A DNA stretch of 64,000 nt from assembly GCA_951406725.2 (NCBI GenBank), contig OX597815.1, forward strand, positions 113,522,001 to 113,586,000. The letters run 5' to 3'. Shown here in pieces: positions 13,768 through 24,797 of the stretch. Below the pieces are notes generated by a model. That model was not told the origin of the DNA, did not search any database, and saw only the letters and a list, made by a program, of their open reading frames with translations. Source of the DNA: Octopus vulgaris. Its lineage: Eukaryota. The position numbers and the translations under genes were made by a program. Each line of letters begins with the position of its first letter. The first letter of the stretch is position 1.

Positions 13768-14732
13768 TATATATATATATAGAGAGAGAGAGAGAGTAGA
13801 TATTTATTGTTAAGCGCAACACATAATCAAAGTTCAGTAGTACCTCGCACAACTGAACTTTGGCTCAGTTGTGCGTCCAATACTCCACTCCTATATCTAG
13901 CGCAGTACAACGCGTGTCGTCAAACCACGGGATAGATTAGTGTACGGAATAGCAGCCACGTAATGGTATTAATAAAATAAAGAAAACATGAATGCCTTAT
14001 AAAACAATCTTTCTACAAGCAATTACATTTTTTATTCTTGTAGTAATGTATGGATGTACATACAACTTTATTTACTCGAATTCACATACAAGAACTTTGT
14101 ATGCACGGACTCACAAAGTTTATGAAGAGATATTACTCGGTCACGAGTTAACTTCCACCATGTATATTACTGGGTATACGTATTAATGATTCTAGAAAAA
14201 AAATTATAAAATTTCAATTTAAAAAATAGATTAAAATACCCCCCCTCCCACTCCGCCCGTGCGTCTGTGACAAAGTGAATTTAAAGTGTTTTCTCTACTA
14301 CTGTTTCACTTTTGTCTGGTATTACACGCTTGCGTAGAATTATACTAAAATAGCAGACGTAAAAAGTACGGAAACAGAAAACCCGAGATGCTAGAAACAG
14401 CAGTTAAGCGACGAATCGCGTTTTAAAGTTTTTCAAAATCTTCACTTTTTCAGTAAGCTCCAACCGGAAAGTCCGACAAGCTAGAAACAACAGCCAAACC
14501 GATGATCAACTTTCTAAATATTAATTACCGAAAAAGAACAACTTTAACCTTGGTTAATGTTTGTATAGGAAACGAATATAAAAAAAAAAATGCGCACAAA
14601 GCAACGGGAGGGAGGGGAGAGAACTTCGGAAAATTCACAAGATCCGAGTTTTTCCCTCGTAACTGTATGTACATGTGTATATATATATATATATGGCGAA
14701 GTTTCGCATGTCGTAGCTGGCGAAACTATGCC

Positions 14733-14767
<35 letters not shown>

Positions 14768-14771
14768 TATA

Positions 14772-14820
<49 letters not shown>

Positions 14821-15308
14821 TAATAACGACGAAGGGTTAAAAAAGCGTAAAAGTAATTGAAAATGAAACAAAATTGAAGCCAAAACATTAAAAATTATTG
14901 AAAGTGGGTAGAAATAAACACTACGTAGTATAGTAGTACTACGCTAAGGTATCTGTAGAAAGTTAAATTTGATTTGGGAATATGACGAAGAAAAATTCGG
15001 ATCTTGGGAATTTTCCGAAAATCTTCTCCCCACTTCCCACAAATTACTTTATAGCCGTAATGTACGCCGTTTCGGTACTACTAGCGAACATTAGTACTGA
15101 TGCGCGCAAAGGTATTTTTATGAAATCGAAAAACTGGATTTCTGTAGAAAAAAAAACCCACAAAATCTCTCTATAATTACACCTCCCTCCCATCCTAAGC
15201 AACAAAAGTATAAGTATGAAAATGGTCGTTTAGAATTACAAAGAATGAGAAAAACAAAGTGAAACTATTTACTGAAGTAAAATGGGTACGTTAAACGCAA
15301 AGTTCCAT

Positions 15309-16016
15309 TTATTGGGCCAAGAGACACCGTCTCGACTTTCTATCGATGACTTTTTGGAAATATTTTGGTCTAACAAATCCATCCTTATCTCCTTCAGTGA
15401 GGATTACATTGTTCTCGGATAAGAAAAATGTCAGTCCATCATTTAAAGCTAAATCCAGATTTAAATAAATCATAACCTGACAAGATGAGCGCATGCCGCT
15501 AATCACTCCACGTTCACCGGGTTCTCCAATGGCAAAATGGATGTGCATTCTGTTCATTCTGCTCAGGCCTTCCTTTTTGATTGCGCTTTTCCACGCTTTG
15601 AGATAGGTTCCATGAATTACATTATCGAAATTATCTCCTTTTAATATTGGTTTCAAAGCAAGATTTTCTATATGCATTGAATGACCTTGATTTGCTCGAA
15701 TTAATAGCTCGTTGCCTTCATGTTTTAAAGAAAGTCTCTGCTTGTCATTGGTTTCCACAATATGCTTGATGGCATTATGATCTAAATTCCTAAATTCATT
15801 TCTCTTCAGCAAATCATTTACTTTAACAAAGCCTCTTGGATCCATTTTAATATTCATCTTCTTAGCATTATGTCGTAAGATAGAAACTAACCTTTTGGAT
15901 ATCTTAACTTCATACTTGGTAGATTTGTAGTTGCCTTTACTTATGCGTTGGTTAGTAAATTTTCTCATTTCCTGATGTCTAGCTTTTTTTCCCTTCTTCG
16001 ACTTATTTGGGGTCAT
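15309..16016 (-). CDS. TRPT1: tRNA 2'-phosphotransferase 1 (Tpt1/KptA family), single-exon ORF of ~235 aa
   Basis: Motifs SKRLVSILRH, NDKQR, IRANQGHS, HGT, GLSRMNRMHIHF, SGMR and NNVILT are in order with no frameshift. Likely start is the ATG at 16016 (MTPNKSKK); the track ORF extends to 16154. Confidence 0.93.
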   Translation of the reverse strand: MTPNKSKKGKKARHQEMRKFTNQRISKGNYKSTKYEVKISKRLVSILRHNAKKMNIKMDPRGFVKVNDLLKRNEFRNLDHNAIKHIVETNDKQRLSLKHEGNELLIRANQGHSMHIENLALKPILKGDNFDNVIHGTYLKAWKSAIKKEGLSRMNRMHIHFAIGEPGERGVISGMRSSCQVMIYLNLDLALNDGLTFFLSENNVILTEGDKDGFVRPKYFQKVIDRKSRRCLLAQ

Positions 16017-16850
16017 TTGTAAATGATTGTAAAGAGGCAAAAATGTAAGAGGAAATAGAGGAGCGAAATATTTCGACACGATGAAAATTAATGAAATGGA
16101 ATTCGTTTCGAAGAATTTAAGAGAATAAGTATAAATTATCCGCCAAGATTCCATTAATAAACTGAAACTGAAAGAAGTTATTCGAAGAAGCTATTGAAGA
16201 TGAAAACGAGAAGGAAACAAATAAAATAACAATGAAAAATTCATTAATACAATGCAATCCAATAATATTTGTGAAAACTTAATTTTAATGCTAAGTTCCA
16301 TTTAAATCTGTTGTAAACATCTCGAAAACAAATAATCACATTTCAGAGAAAAGGTCCGCACTTGCAAATTCGGTGATTACTCAAAGGTGACTCTAATTAA
16401 AGAAAGTCCAGTAAATGTCTTTTTAAATTTAAAAGGTTTTGTTGTCGCTTACCTAAGAGTAATGATATTTTCCTCTTTTGTTTTTACATAAATATTGTTA
16501 TGAATTAGATATCACGCAAAGAATAAGCCTTTATTTTTCTTTTGTGGACTATATATAGGAAAATTTTATTGCCTTCACGTTGTTTACCGTTTTACAAAAT
16601 CAAACGGCGATGCTTCGGTATAGGTACACACGTGACTTTGTTTACATTTCTGAAGATAACAGAGACCCTTTTCTCCCACCCCTAACCCTAACCCCCATAT
16701 ATAAAAAAAAAACACTTTCTTGAAATGTATCCGGTACATATATGGAAGTTACGCCAATCAAACTATAAAACTAGACCAAACAGAAATTAAAAAAAAAAAA
16801 AAAAAATTCACCACCTTTGGTTGAAAATTTGGGGGCGCTGGGAAGCCTCT

Positions 16851-17030
16851 CTAATGGCTATTGAGACATGCCAGCACGCTTGCAGCATTGCCGCGGGTGA
16901 TGGCAAATCTGATGAGATGGAACGGCAAAGCGCCCTCACGAGCTTCACTAGTTACCTCTGCAAGGCGAGTTGCCAGTGAAGACAGGAATCTCGCAATTAG
17001 CAGTCTGACTCCCACCAAATGTCTCGAACA
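16851..17030 (-). mobile_element. 3' relic of a restriction-like-endonuclease non-LTR element (CRE-like)
   Basis: Translation FLSSLATRLAEVTSEARE...AITRGNAASVLACL resembles the C-terminal QRxSxAIQRGNAASxL motif of CRE-type elements. Confidence 0.55.
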
Positions 17031-17353
17031 CACACACACATATATATATATGTCTCGTTTTATGAAGATTATGACTTACTGATATACTCATGCGTTTAAT
17101 TTAAATTATAACCAACAACAATACGCTTATTTGAAATGTGTCCGAAATCGTAAACATAAGAAAAGATTGTTTAATATTTCTCATTATGAACAAACATTGA
17201 ATCTTGAAATTTCCTTAAATTCAACGAAAAATAGTCACCGAGAGTTACGTTCCTTGGTTCGTTATGACCTGTTCGTACGCTACTTTTTTCCCGTTATTTA
17301 CCTATTTAATGTTGTTTGAACCGTTGGTGATGTTCTGTACCAATATGTGTATG

Positions 17354-17417
<64 letters not shown>

Positions 17418-17573
17418 TATATATATATTTACTATTTATTATATGTGTGTGTGTACATCGGAACATATATATGTTTGTATATATATGTAGATATATATCG
17501 ATGCATTTATATAGATGTATATGTATACATGCATGTGTATAGCATGGCCGCAGCATTGAGCTGAAACTAGAGA

Positions 17574-17637
<64 letters not shown>

Positions 17638-17640
<3 letters not shown>

Positions 17641-19466
17641 TGTCCCCTCGTTATCGAGAATGGCCATTGCACGAAGCTTAACTGTTCCTGGTACTGTGAT
17701 CGAATGTGACTCTTTAGTCCAGCCAAAGATCTACAATGTCTTGTACAGAATTGGCAACTAAAACCTTTACCGGTAATAGCCGGCTGTAGTTGTAACTGGG
17801 CTTCGTGTACCTTCGCATGTAGTTTAAGTCCTCCTGCCGAATTACACTCTCTTCCACATGCCTGACAGATATGATTAGTATGGCGTGTAACACCACCACC
17901 AGTGGCCAGGTTGTCACTCATCTGTCTCGCTTTATGACTACGAAGATGACTCTTGAGTCCAGCTTTACTGAGGCAGGTTCTTGCACAGACACTGCATGTC
18001 AGCATCATAGGAAGACCCTTCCCATCTGGAAGTGTAACAGCGATGCCCTTCCTGACATCCCTCATTACTTTCTCATGTGCAACTCGAGGTTTCTCAGAAG
18101 TGGCTGTCCCCTCATGCACAATCCTTCTCCACCTGCTACGATCAATAGCTATGCCTTCCCATGTGTCAGGAGAGATGCAAGCATCTCCTAAGGAAGCCTT
18201 CAGCAAGTCCTTATACCTCTTTTTTGGTTTATGTGGAGGTCGTTCTCCTTTAGCTAACTCTCCATAAAAGAGTTGTTTTGGCATCCTTGAATCATTCATC
18301 CTGACCAGATGACCACTCTATCTGAGCCTTTGCTTTAACACAAGAGCTTCTATACTTTCACACCGAGAGCCTTCCAATATTTCAAGATCACTGATGCGGT
18401 CCTTCCACTTAATACCATAGATCCGTCTGAGACACATCTGATGGAAACGTTCCAGTTGTTTAAGGTGGTATCAATATGTGACCTACGTCTCGCAGGCATA
18501 GAGAAGAGAAGGGAGCACACATGCCTTGTACACCTTTATCTTTGTCTTTCTGCATATGTCTCGCTGACTCCAGAGGCGCTTTTCTAGCCTTCCGAAAGCA
18601 ACACTTGCTTTCCTAATTCTATAAGGAATTTCATCATCCAAATTGCTATATCTATTAATAGTGCTTCCCAGGTAGACAAACTGATCAACTGCATCAAGCC
18701 GTTTACCATACACATAGATATTTGGTACACTATACTGCTTACCAGGGGCAGGTTGATGCATGACAACAGTTTTCTTGAGATTGACTGTCAATCCTAAGGC
18801 AGTGCAAGCATCAGAGAATGCATTCAAAATGTGTTGCATATCAATCTCTGTGTGTGCTGCTAGCTCACAATCATCTGCATACAAAAGGCCTCTCATGATA
18901 GAAGTAAATACCTTTGTTTTCGCACCAAAGCGCCTGATATTAAATATGCTGCTAGAGGTTCGATAATAGATGTAAACACTGTATCTGCAGTTTCTGAATG
19001 CAATACAGGACACCATCGCAAAATATACAGAAAATAGGGTCGGTGCCAGAATATCCCCGTTTCACTCTATTTTGTATTGAAATGGGCTCCGACATTTTCC
19101 CTCTAACATTCACCCTACCATTCATGTCTTCATGAAAAGACCTAACCAAAGCAAGGAATTTTCAGGACACCCAAGTTTCTGGAGGACTTTCCACAATGCT
19201 TTTCTATTGACGGTATCAAAGGCTTTTGTCAGATCGACAAAAACCTGATACAAATCCAGACCCTGTTCCACACACTTCTCCTGAAGCTGTCTAGCTGAAA
19301 AGATCATATCTGCAGTGCCACGTCCCACACGAAAGCCAGATTGACTTTCTGGAAGAACACAATTTGCAACGTATTTCAGCAGACGATCCAGAAGTACCCT
19401 GCATAAAACCTTTCCTACGACAGACAGCAATGATACGCCTCTATAATTACCACAATCATTCCTGTT
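17638..19466 (-). mobile_element. 5'-truncated RTE (BovB-like) LINE with C-terminal C2H2 zinc fingers; frameshifted
   Basis: [49 protein letters not shown], then three CxxC..H motifs. Both ends abut TA-rich tracts. Confidence 0.9.
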
Positions 19467-19665
19467 GATATATATATATATATATACATACATGCATACA
19501 CACACACATATATATATGCGCATGTATAGATATAGATGTATATGTATAGATGTATATATACATGTATATGTATAGAGGCATATATATAGAGAGAGATTTA
19601 TATGTATGTATATATAAATACTATCCCTTAGTGGGTTGGATCCATAACCCCTAACTTACTTGGTG

Positions 19666-19727
<62 letters not shown>

Positions 19728-19847
19728 ACAATCAAGGAACGGCCATAATAGGCCATTCACCCACTAGAAATAACAGCCAAAGCTTCAACCGCAAATAAAA
19801 ATTAATTCCGTAAACCAGGAGAAAATTTAAAAAACATTTACCTTGTA

Positions 19848-19954
19848 ATTTCTTATACGATATACCGTTTCATCTGCTGATTAATGGTAAACTAACCTGA
19901 TTAAATTAAATCAAGCCAATCTTCCAAAGGCCCTCAGATTCTTCAGTAAGAAAT
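19848..19954 (-). ncRNA. Type I hammerhead ribozyme with extended stem II
   Basis: Reverse complement of 20476-20582. Confidence 0.8.
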
Positions 19955-20475
19955 AGCCCAAGTCGGAACAGATATTTTCACGAGGCAAATCCGACCTTGC
20001 CAAGGTTATATCTGACCTAAAATTTTCAAATCGTCGCACTCGCGCCAAATTTATCGGCAGCAAATAAATATAAGCCGTCGAATTCCATTACGGAATTAAC
20101 CAGAAAATTCATAATTAATCAATATAGGGTGGCAAAAAAAATTTTGTTGAATTCTTTTGCCACCAGCGGCCTAGTGGGAAAAAATTAAATAGTCATAGAC
20201 CATTTTTAAGTTCAACATCAACAATCAAGGAACGGCCATAATAGGCCATTCACCCACTAGAAATAACAGCCAAAGCTTCAACCGCAAATAAAAATTAATT
20301 CCGGTTAATTTTTCTGGTTAATTTTTCTGGTTAATTCCGTAATGGAATTCGACGGCTTATATTTATTTGCTGCCGATAAATTTGGCGCGAGTGCGACGAT
20401 TTGAAAATTTTAGGTCAGATATAACCTTGGCAAGGTCGGATTTGCCTCGTGAAAATATCTGTTCCGACTTGGGCT

Positions 20476-20582
20476 ATTTCTTACTGAAGAATCTGAGGGC
20501 CTTTGGAAGATTGGCTTGATTTAATTTAATCAGGTTAGTTTACCATTAATCAGCAGATGAAACGGTATATCGTATAAGAAAT
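20476..20582 (+). ncRNA. Type I hammerhead ribozyme with extended stem II
   Basis: atttctta-CTGAAGA-atctg[58 nt]cagat-GAAA-cgg(tata)tcg-TA-taagaaat: perfect 8-bp stem I, intact core, GUA cleavage triplet ending at 20574. Confidence 0.8.
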
Positions 20583-20803
20583 TACAAGGTAAATGTTTTT
20601 AAATTTTCTCCTGGTTTACGGAATTAATTTTTATTTGCGGTTGAAGCTTTGGCTGTTATTTCTAGTGGGTGAATGGCCTATTATGGCCGTTCCTTGATTG
20701 TTGATGTTGAACTTAAAAATGGTCTATGACTATTTAATTTTTTCCCACTAGGCCGCTGGTGGCAAAAGAATTCTACAAAATTTTTTTTGCCACCCTATAT
20801 TGA

Positions 20804-20884
<81 letters not shown>

Positions 20885-20894
<10 letters not shown>

Positions 20895-21185
20895 GCTTAA
20901 TCGTTCAGGTATTCAGCTTAGAATCGTAAGGTCATGAGTCCAATTCCCGGTGACGGATAGTGTCCTTGAGCAAGACACTTTATTTTACGCTGCTCCAGTC
21001 CACTCAGCTGGCAAAAATGAGCAGTACATGTATTACAAAGGGCCGGCCTTGTCACACTTTGTGTCACGCTGAATATCCCTGAGAACTACATTAAGGATGC
21101 ATGTGTTGGTGGAGTGCTCAGCCGCTTGCACATTAATTTCACAAGCAGGCTGTTCCGTTGATCGTATCAGCTAGGAATCTCGTCT
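20885..21185 (+). mobile_element. tRNA-derived SINE (second family)
   Basis: tRNA-like head, GTCCTTGAGCAAGACACTTTA core and CCCTGAGAACTACATTAAGG. Related pieces at ~23085-23318 and 32540-32802. Confidence 0.65.
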
Positions 21186-21692
21186 CTGAGAACATTCATC
21201 CTCAGCCACCTGGACTACTGCTCCTAGCTATGGTCACCCAACAGTATAAACATAACAGTGGACCTTGAAGAGAAAAAATTTTAAAGATCTTACCAAAGAA
21301 TCTTCTTCCAGCGTTCGCTACCTTACCTTGTCTGGCCTAACAGCCCTCCCTATTTGATTTCTTGTATGTCCTGTTTTTATTACCAACTTTGACCCTCCAC
21401 AAATCCCAAATTTTATTTTGGTTTGTGGGAGCAACTGTTTCTCGAAGACACATATTGTCATGAATTGCTCGAAATGTGGAGTAGATAAACAGCCGACAAC
21501 TGATGAAGGGTCGTTCTTTATGCTACATGTCTTGTTTTCTATTTGTTTCTCTCGTTGTTCACATACCCACGTTTGTATTTCACATTTTTGTATTTCGTAA
21601 TCCATGTTGTTTATGTTTTGTGACATCCTGTACCCATATATGCATATATATATATATATACATATATATGTATGTATATATGCATATATATA

Positions 21693-22095
21693 GGATCTGT
21701 TTGAATGGCAGTTTTTCTAGCGGTGTCATATGAAATTGTCACCCATAATTAATGACCCTAGTATCAATCTATTGCATTTCAATCTGTTTTAGGGTTAGGG
21801 TTAAGGGTGGAGGGAAGGGTATCTTTTTTTCTTCAGAAATGTAAGTAAACCCAATCTGTTTCTTAAAAGAGGGACATATTCATATAGCACAGAATGTTTT
21901 CACCTCAACAGACGTCATTGATTGGTTGAAATTGAAGAAAAAAAACAACAAATATCTTACAAACCATAGAATTTTCTCAATAAAGCCAAGAGAAAGAGAT
22001 GTTTTATAAACACATTCTACCAGTATACGAAGTTTAAAAGTGTTTAGTTACGTGGAAATTATTTAAAAAAACTGCCGTTCAAACCGAAAAGATCC
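21693..22095. mobile_element. TIR MITE flanked by TA, with internal short TTAGGG repeats
   Basis: GGATCT..GTTTGAATGGCAGTTTTT ... AAAAACTGCCGTTCAAACCGAAAAGATCC. Confidence 0.7.
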
Positions 22096-22602
22096 TATTA
22101 TTTATATTATTATATGACTGAACACCGTGTGTCCATATCCAAGTTTATCTTAATAATTTTGATGCGACGCCACCCTGTACTGTTCTGTCTCTCCCCCTTT
22201 CATTTTCTCTCTTCCTTTCTCTAATTCTTTTTTCTCCCCTCCTTCCCCTTTCGTTTTTTCTCTGATCCTTCTCTAATCTTTTTCTCCCCTTCACTGTTTT
22301 CTATCTGAGTCTCTCTCTCTCTCCTTCTTCCTCCTTTACTCTCTCTCTCTTGTTGCTCACACGTGACTATTGTCCATCTTTCTTTTCCTTCTGTCTGTCA
22401 CTACAGACCAGACGCATCCTTATCTGTCTCTTCTCCTATCTTTTCTCTTATCAAAGAATCTTCTTCCAGCATTAGCTACCTTACCTCGTCTGACCTAACT
22501 GCCCTCCCTGTTTGTTTATGTTTTGTTTGGTTTCTTGTATGTCCTGTTTCTATTTACATTATTTACATCTGACATATATTTGTCCTCATCTTGTTTATTG
22601 TT

Positions 22603-22648
22603 AACACAACGTTTCGGCTGATATACCCTCCAGCCTTCATCAGGTGTC
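22603..22648 (-). ncRNA. Minimal hammerhead-like motif
   Basis: Minus strand: gacac-CTGATGA-a-ggctgg(agggtata)tcagcc-GAAA-cg-TT-gtgtt. Stem III is a loopless palindrome (AACGTT). Confidence 0.55.
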
Positions 22649-22688
22649 TTGGGGAAATTTCAAACCTGGGTTCTCATTCCTAAGGATA

Positions 22689-22818
22689 GAAATATTACAA
22701 AAACTGTTACTTAGAGTTTCGTGTGCCTGTTAGTCGGACAGTTTTGTTTAGACATTCTAAACAAAACTATCAAATGAATGGGAACATGAAACTCTGAGTA
22801 ACAGCTTTTTTGATATTT
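22689..22818. repeat. ~130-bp palindrome made of two diverging degenerate hammerhead-like motifs
   Basis: Centre GTTTTGTTTAGA-CAT-TCTAAACAAAAC; each arm resembles the motif at 12614-12657. Confidence 0.65.
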
Positions 22819-22898
22819 TTGCTGCTTTTCAATAAAGCATATTACTCAACCTCTGTACTATTTTTTCCACCTTGCTTCACATTTATGTGCTTATTCCG

Positions 22899-22957
<59 letters not shown>

Positions 22958-23316
22958 AGTGTGATGCGTATATATATATATATAGAGAGAGAGAGATGTG
23001 TAATGTATATATATATTGTGTAGGTGCTGTGGTCCAGTGGTTAAAGCTCCACAAGGCTCCAGCAAGAGGTGATTGCGGACCCTGCTGTACTCTTTCATTA
23101 CAGCTTTCTCTCGCTCTTTCTTCCTGTTTCTATTGTACCTGTATTTCAAAGGGCCAGCCTTGTCATACAGTGTGTCACCCTGAATCTCCCTGAGAACTAC
23201 ATTAAGGGTATACGTATCTGTGGAGTGCTCAGCCACTTACATGTTAATTTCACGTGTAGACTGTTCCGTTGATTGGATCGACTGGAACCCTCATCGTCAT
23301 AATCAACTGAGTGCCA

Positions 23317-23655
<339 letters not shown>

Positions 23656-23657
<2 letters not shown>

Positions 23658-24718
23658 TTTACTTACTTTGATACTTTGATAGGTTTCGGCCATTATTGGC
23701 CCAGGCCATGTCTAACTTAATAGCACCACCTGGTGAAGTCTTTCAAGTCAGAATTTGGGCACTATGGCCCACTCAAGTAGAGAGTTATTGTTTACAGAGA
23801 CATATCCGGGTGTAGGGGGTTTATCCGGGATTTCTTGAAGGAATCTGTCTGTTTTGGTGTAATGTTAAAGAGAGCGGGGCCAATTGAGGTGAAATAATTG
23901 TGCCGTATTGTTGTTATGAGATGAGAGTGCGATTTTTGTTTTGGGCGGATGGCACGGGGCCCAAGCCTTGGATGTACCTTAAAGGTGATGCCAACATCAT
24001 TTGGGCAATGCTGATGGAATATTTTCCACATCAGATGATGTAGCGCTCACGACGACGTTGGAGAGAATAAAGTTTTAGCTTTTCTAGTCGACCCCAATAG
24101 TCGAGGCCTGTCATGCCATCTATCTTTTTTGTGATTGCCCTTTGAGGTGCTTCAACTTTTATGATACTTTGTTTTGTGTGGGGAGACCACAGTGGACAAC
24201 AGTATTCAAGGTGGGGTCGGGCAAAAGTGGAGAAGAGAAGGATAATGGTGTGGATATCTCTCGACTGGAAAGTTCTGAGAATCCAGGAACACATTCTGCG
24301 GGCCATGTCAACTTTGGTGTTTATATGAGTGGCCCAGCTTATGTTGTTGTCCACAATTACTCCCAAGTCTCTGATGTTGTTGGATGCCACGAGAGTTTCA
24401 CCTGAAGGAAGGGAGTATGGGAGTTTCAGGGCATCCTCTTTTCCAAAGTGGATTAACTCAAATTTATCCTCGTTCAGCAGCATATTGTTTTTTTCTGTCC
24501 ATTGGATAACAGCCAGTAGATCTGACTGAAGGCATGTCCGGTCACTCGCCTCATTTATGACCTTCTGTAGCTTGGAATCATTTGCAAAGATTTTTATGTT
24601 GCTGTGCTTGATGATGTCATTAATGTAGATGATGAAAAGAAGTGGGCCCAGCACAGTGCCTTGCGGAACGCCACTACTGACTTTGGCTGGGCTTGATTTT
24701 ACCCCTTCAACTACAACA
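23656..24718 (-). mobile_element. CR1/L2-group LINE 3' fragment
   Basis: SGVPQGTVLGPLLFIIYIND, IFAND (degenerate ADD), RDLGV, RPHLEYCCPLWSP, LQRRRER; short tandem tail. Confidence 0.85.
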
Positions 24719-24729
24719 TGTTGAGATAC

Positions 24730-24792
<63 letters not shown>

Positions 24793-24797
<5 letters not shown>

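Larger units (their letters stand above)
19724..20810. mobile_element. Non-coding 493-bp unit: ~1.2 tandem copies followed by one full inverted, permuted copy (retrozyme/non-autonomous PLE-like)
   Basis: CAACAATCAAGGAACGG occurs at 19726 and 20219 (period 493). Segment ~20321-20810 is a near-perfect reverse complement of the unit. (TA)n flanks both sides. Confidence 0.85.

Noticed and set aside
16017-16154. 46-aa N-terminal extension of TRPT1 in the ORF track
   Set aside because: AT-rich with no Tpt1 similarity; more likely open 5' UTR, though not excluded.
16905-16950. CTGATGAG hammerhead-like half core
   Set aside because: No stem II or GAAA downstream; it lies within the CRE-like coding relic.
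15309-20810. Functional link between TRPT1 (RNA end repair) and the neighbouring hammerhead element
   Set aside because: Only proximity supports it. Hammerhead repeats are scattered across the window, animal genes are not organised in operons, and Tpt1 acts on 2'-phosphates rather than directly ligating ribozyme ends.
21495-21600. CTGATGAAGGG hammerhead-like half core
   Set aside because: No matching GAAA or stem III found; too degraded to support.
21788-21812. Telomeric TTAGGG repeats (also CCCTAA at ~16681)
   Set aside because: Only 2-3 units, here internal to a TIR element; not a telomere or fusion site.
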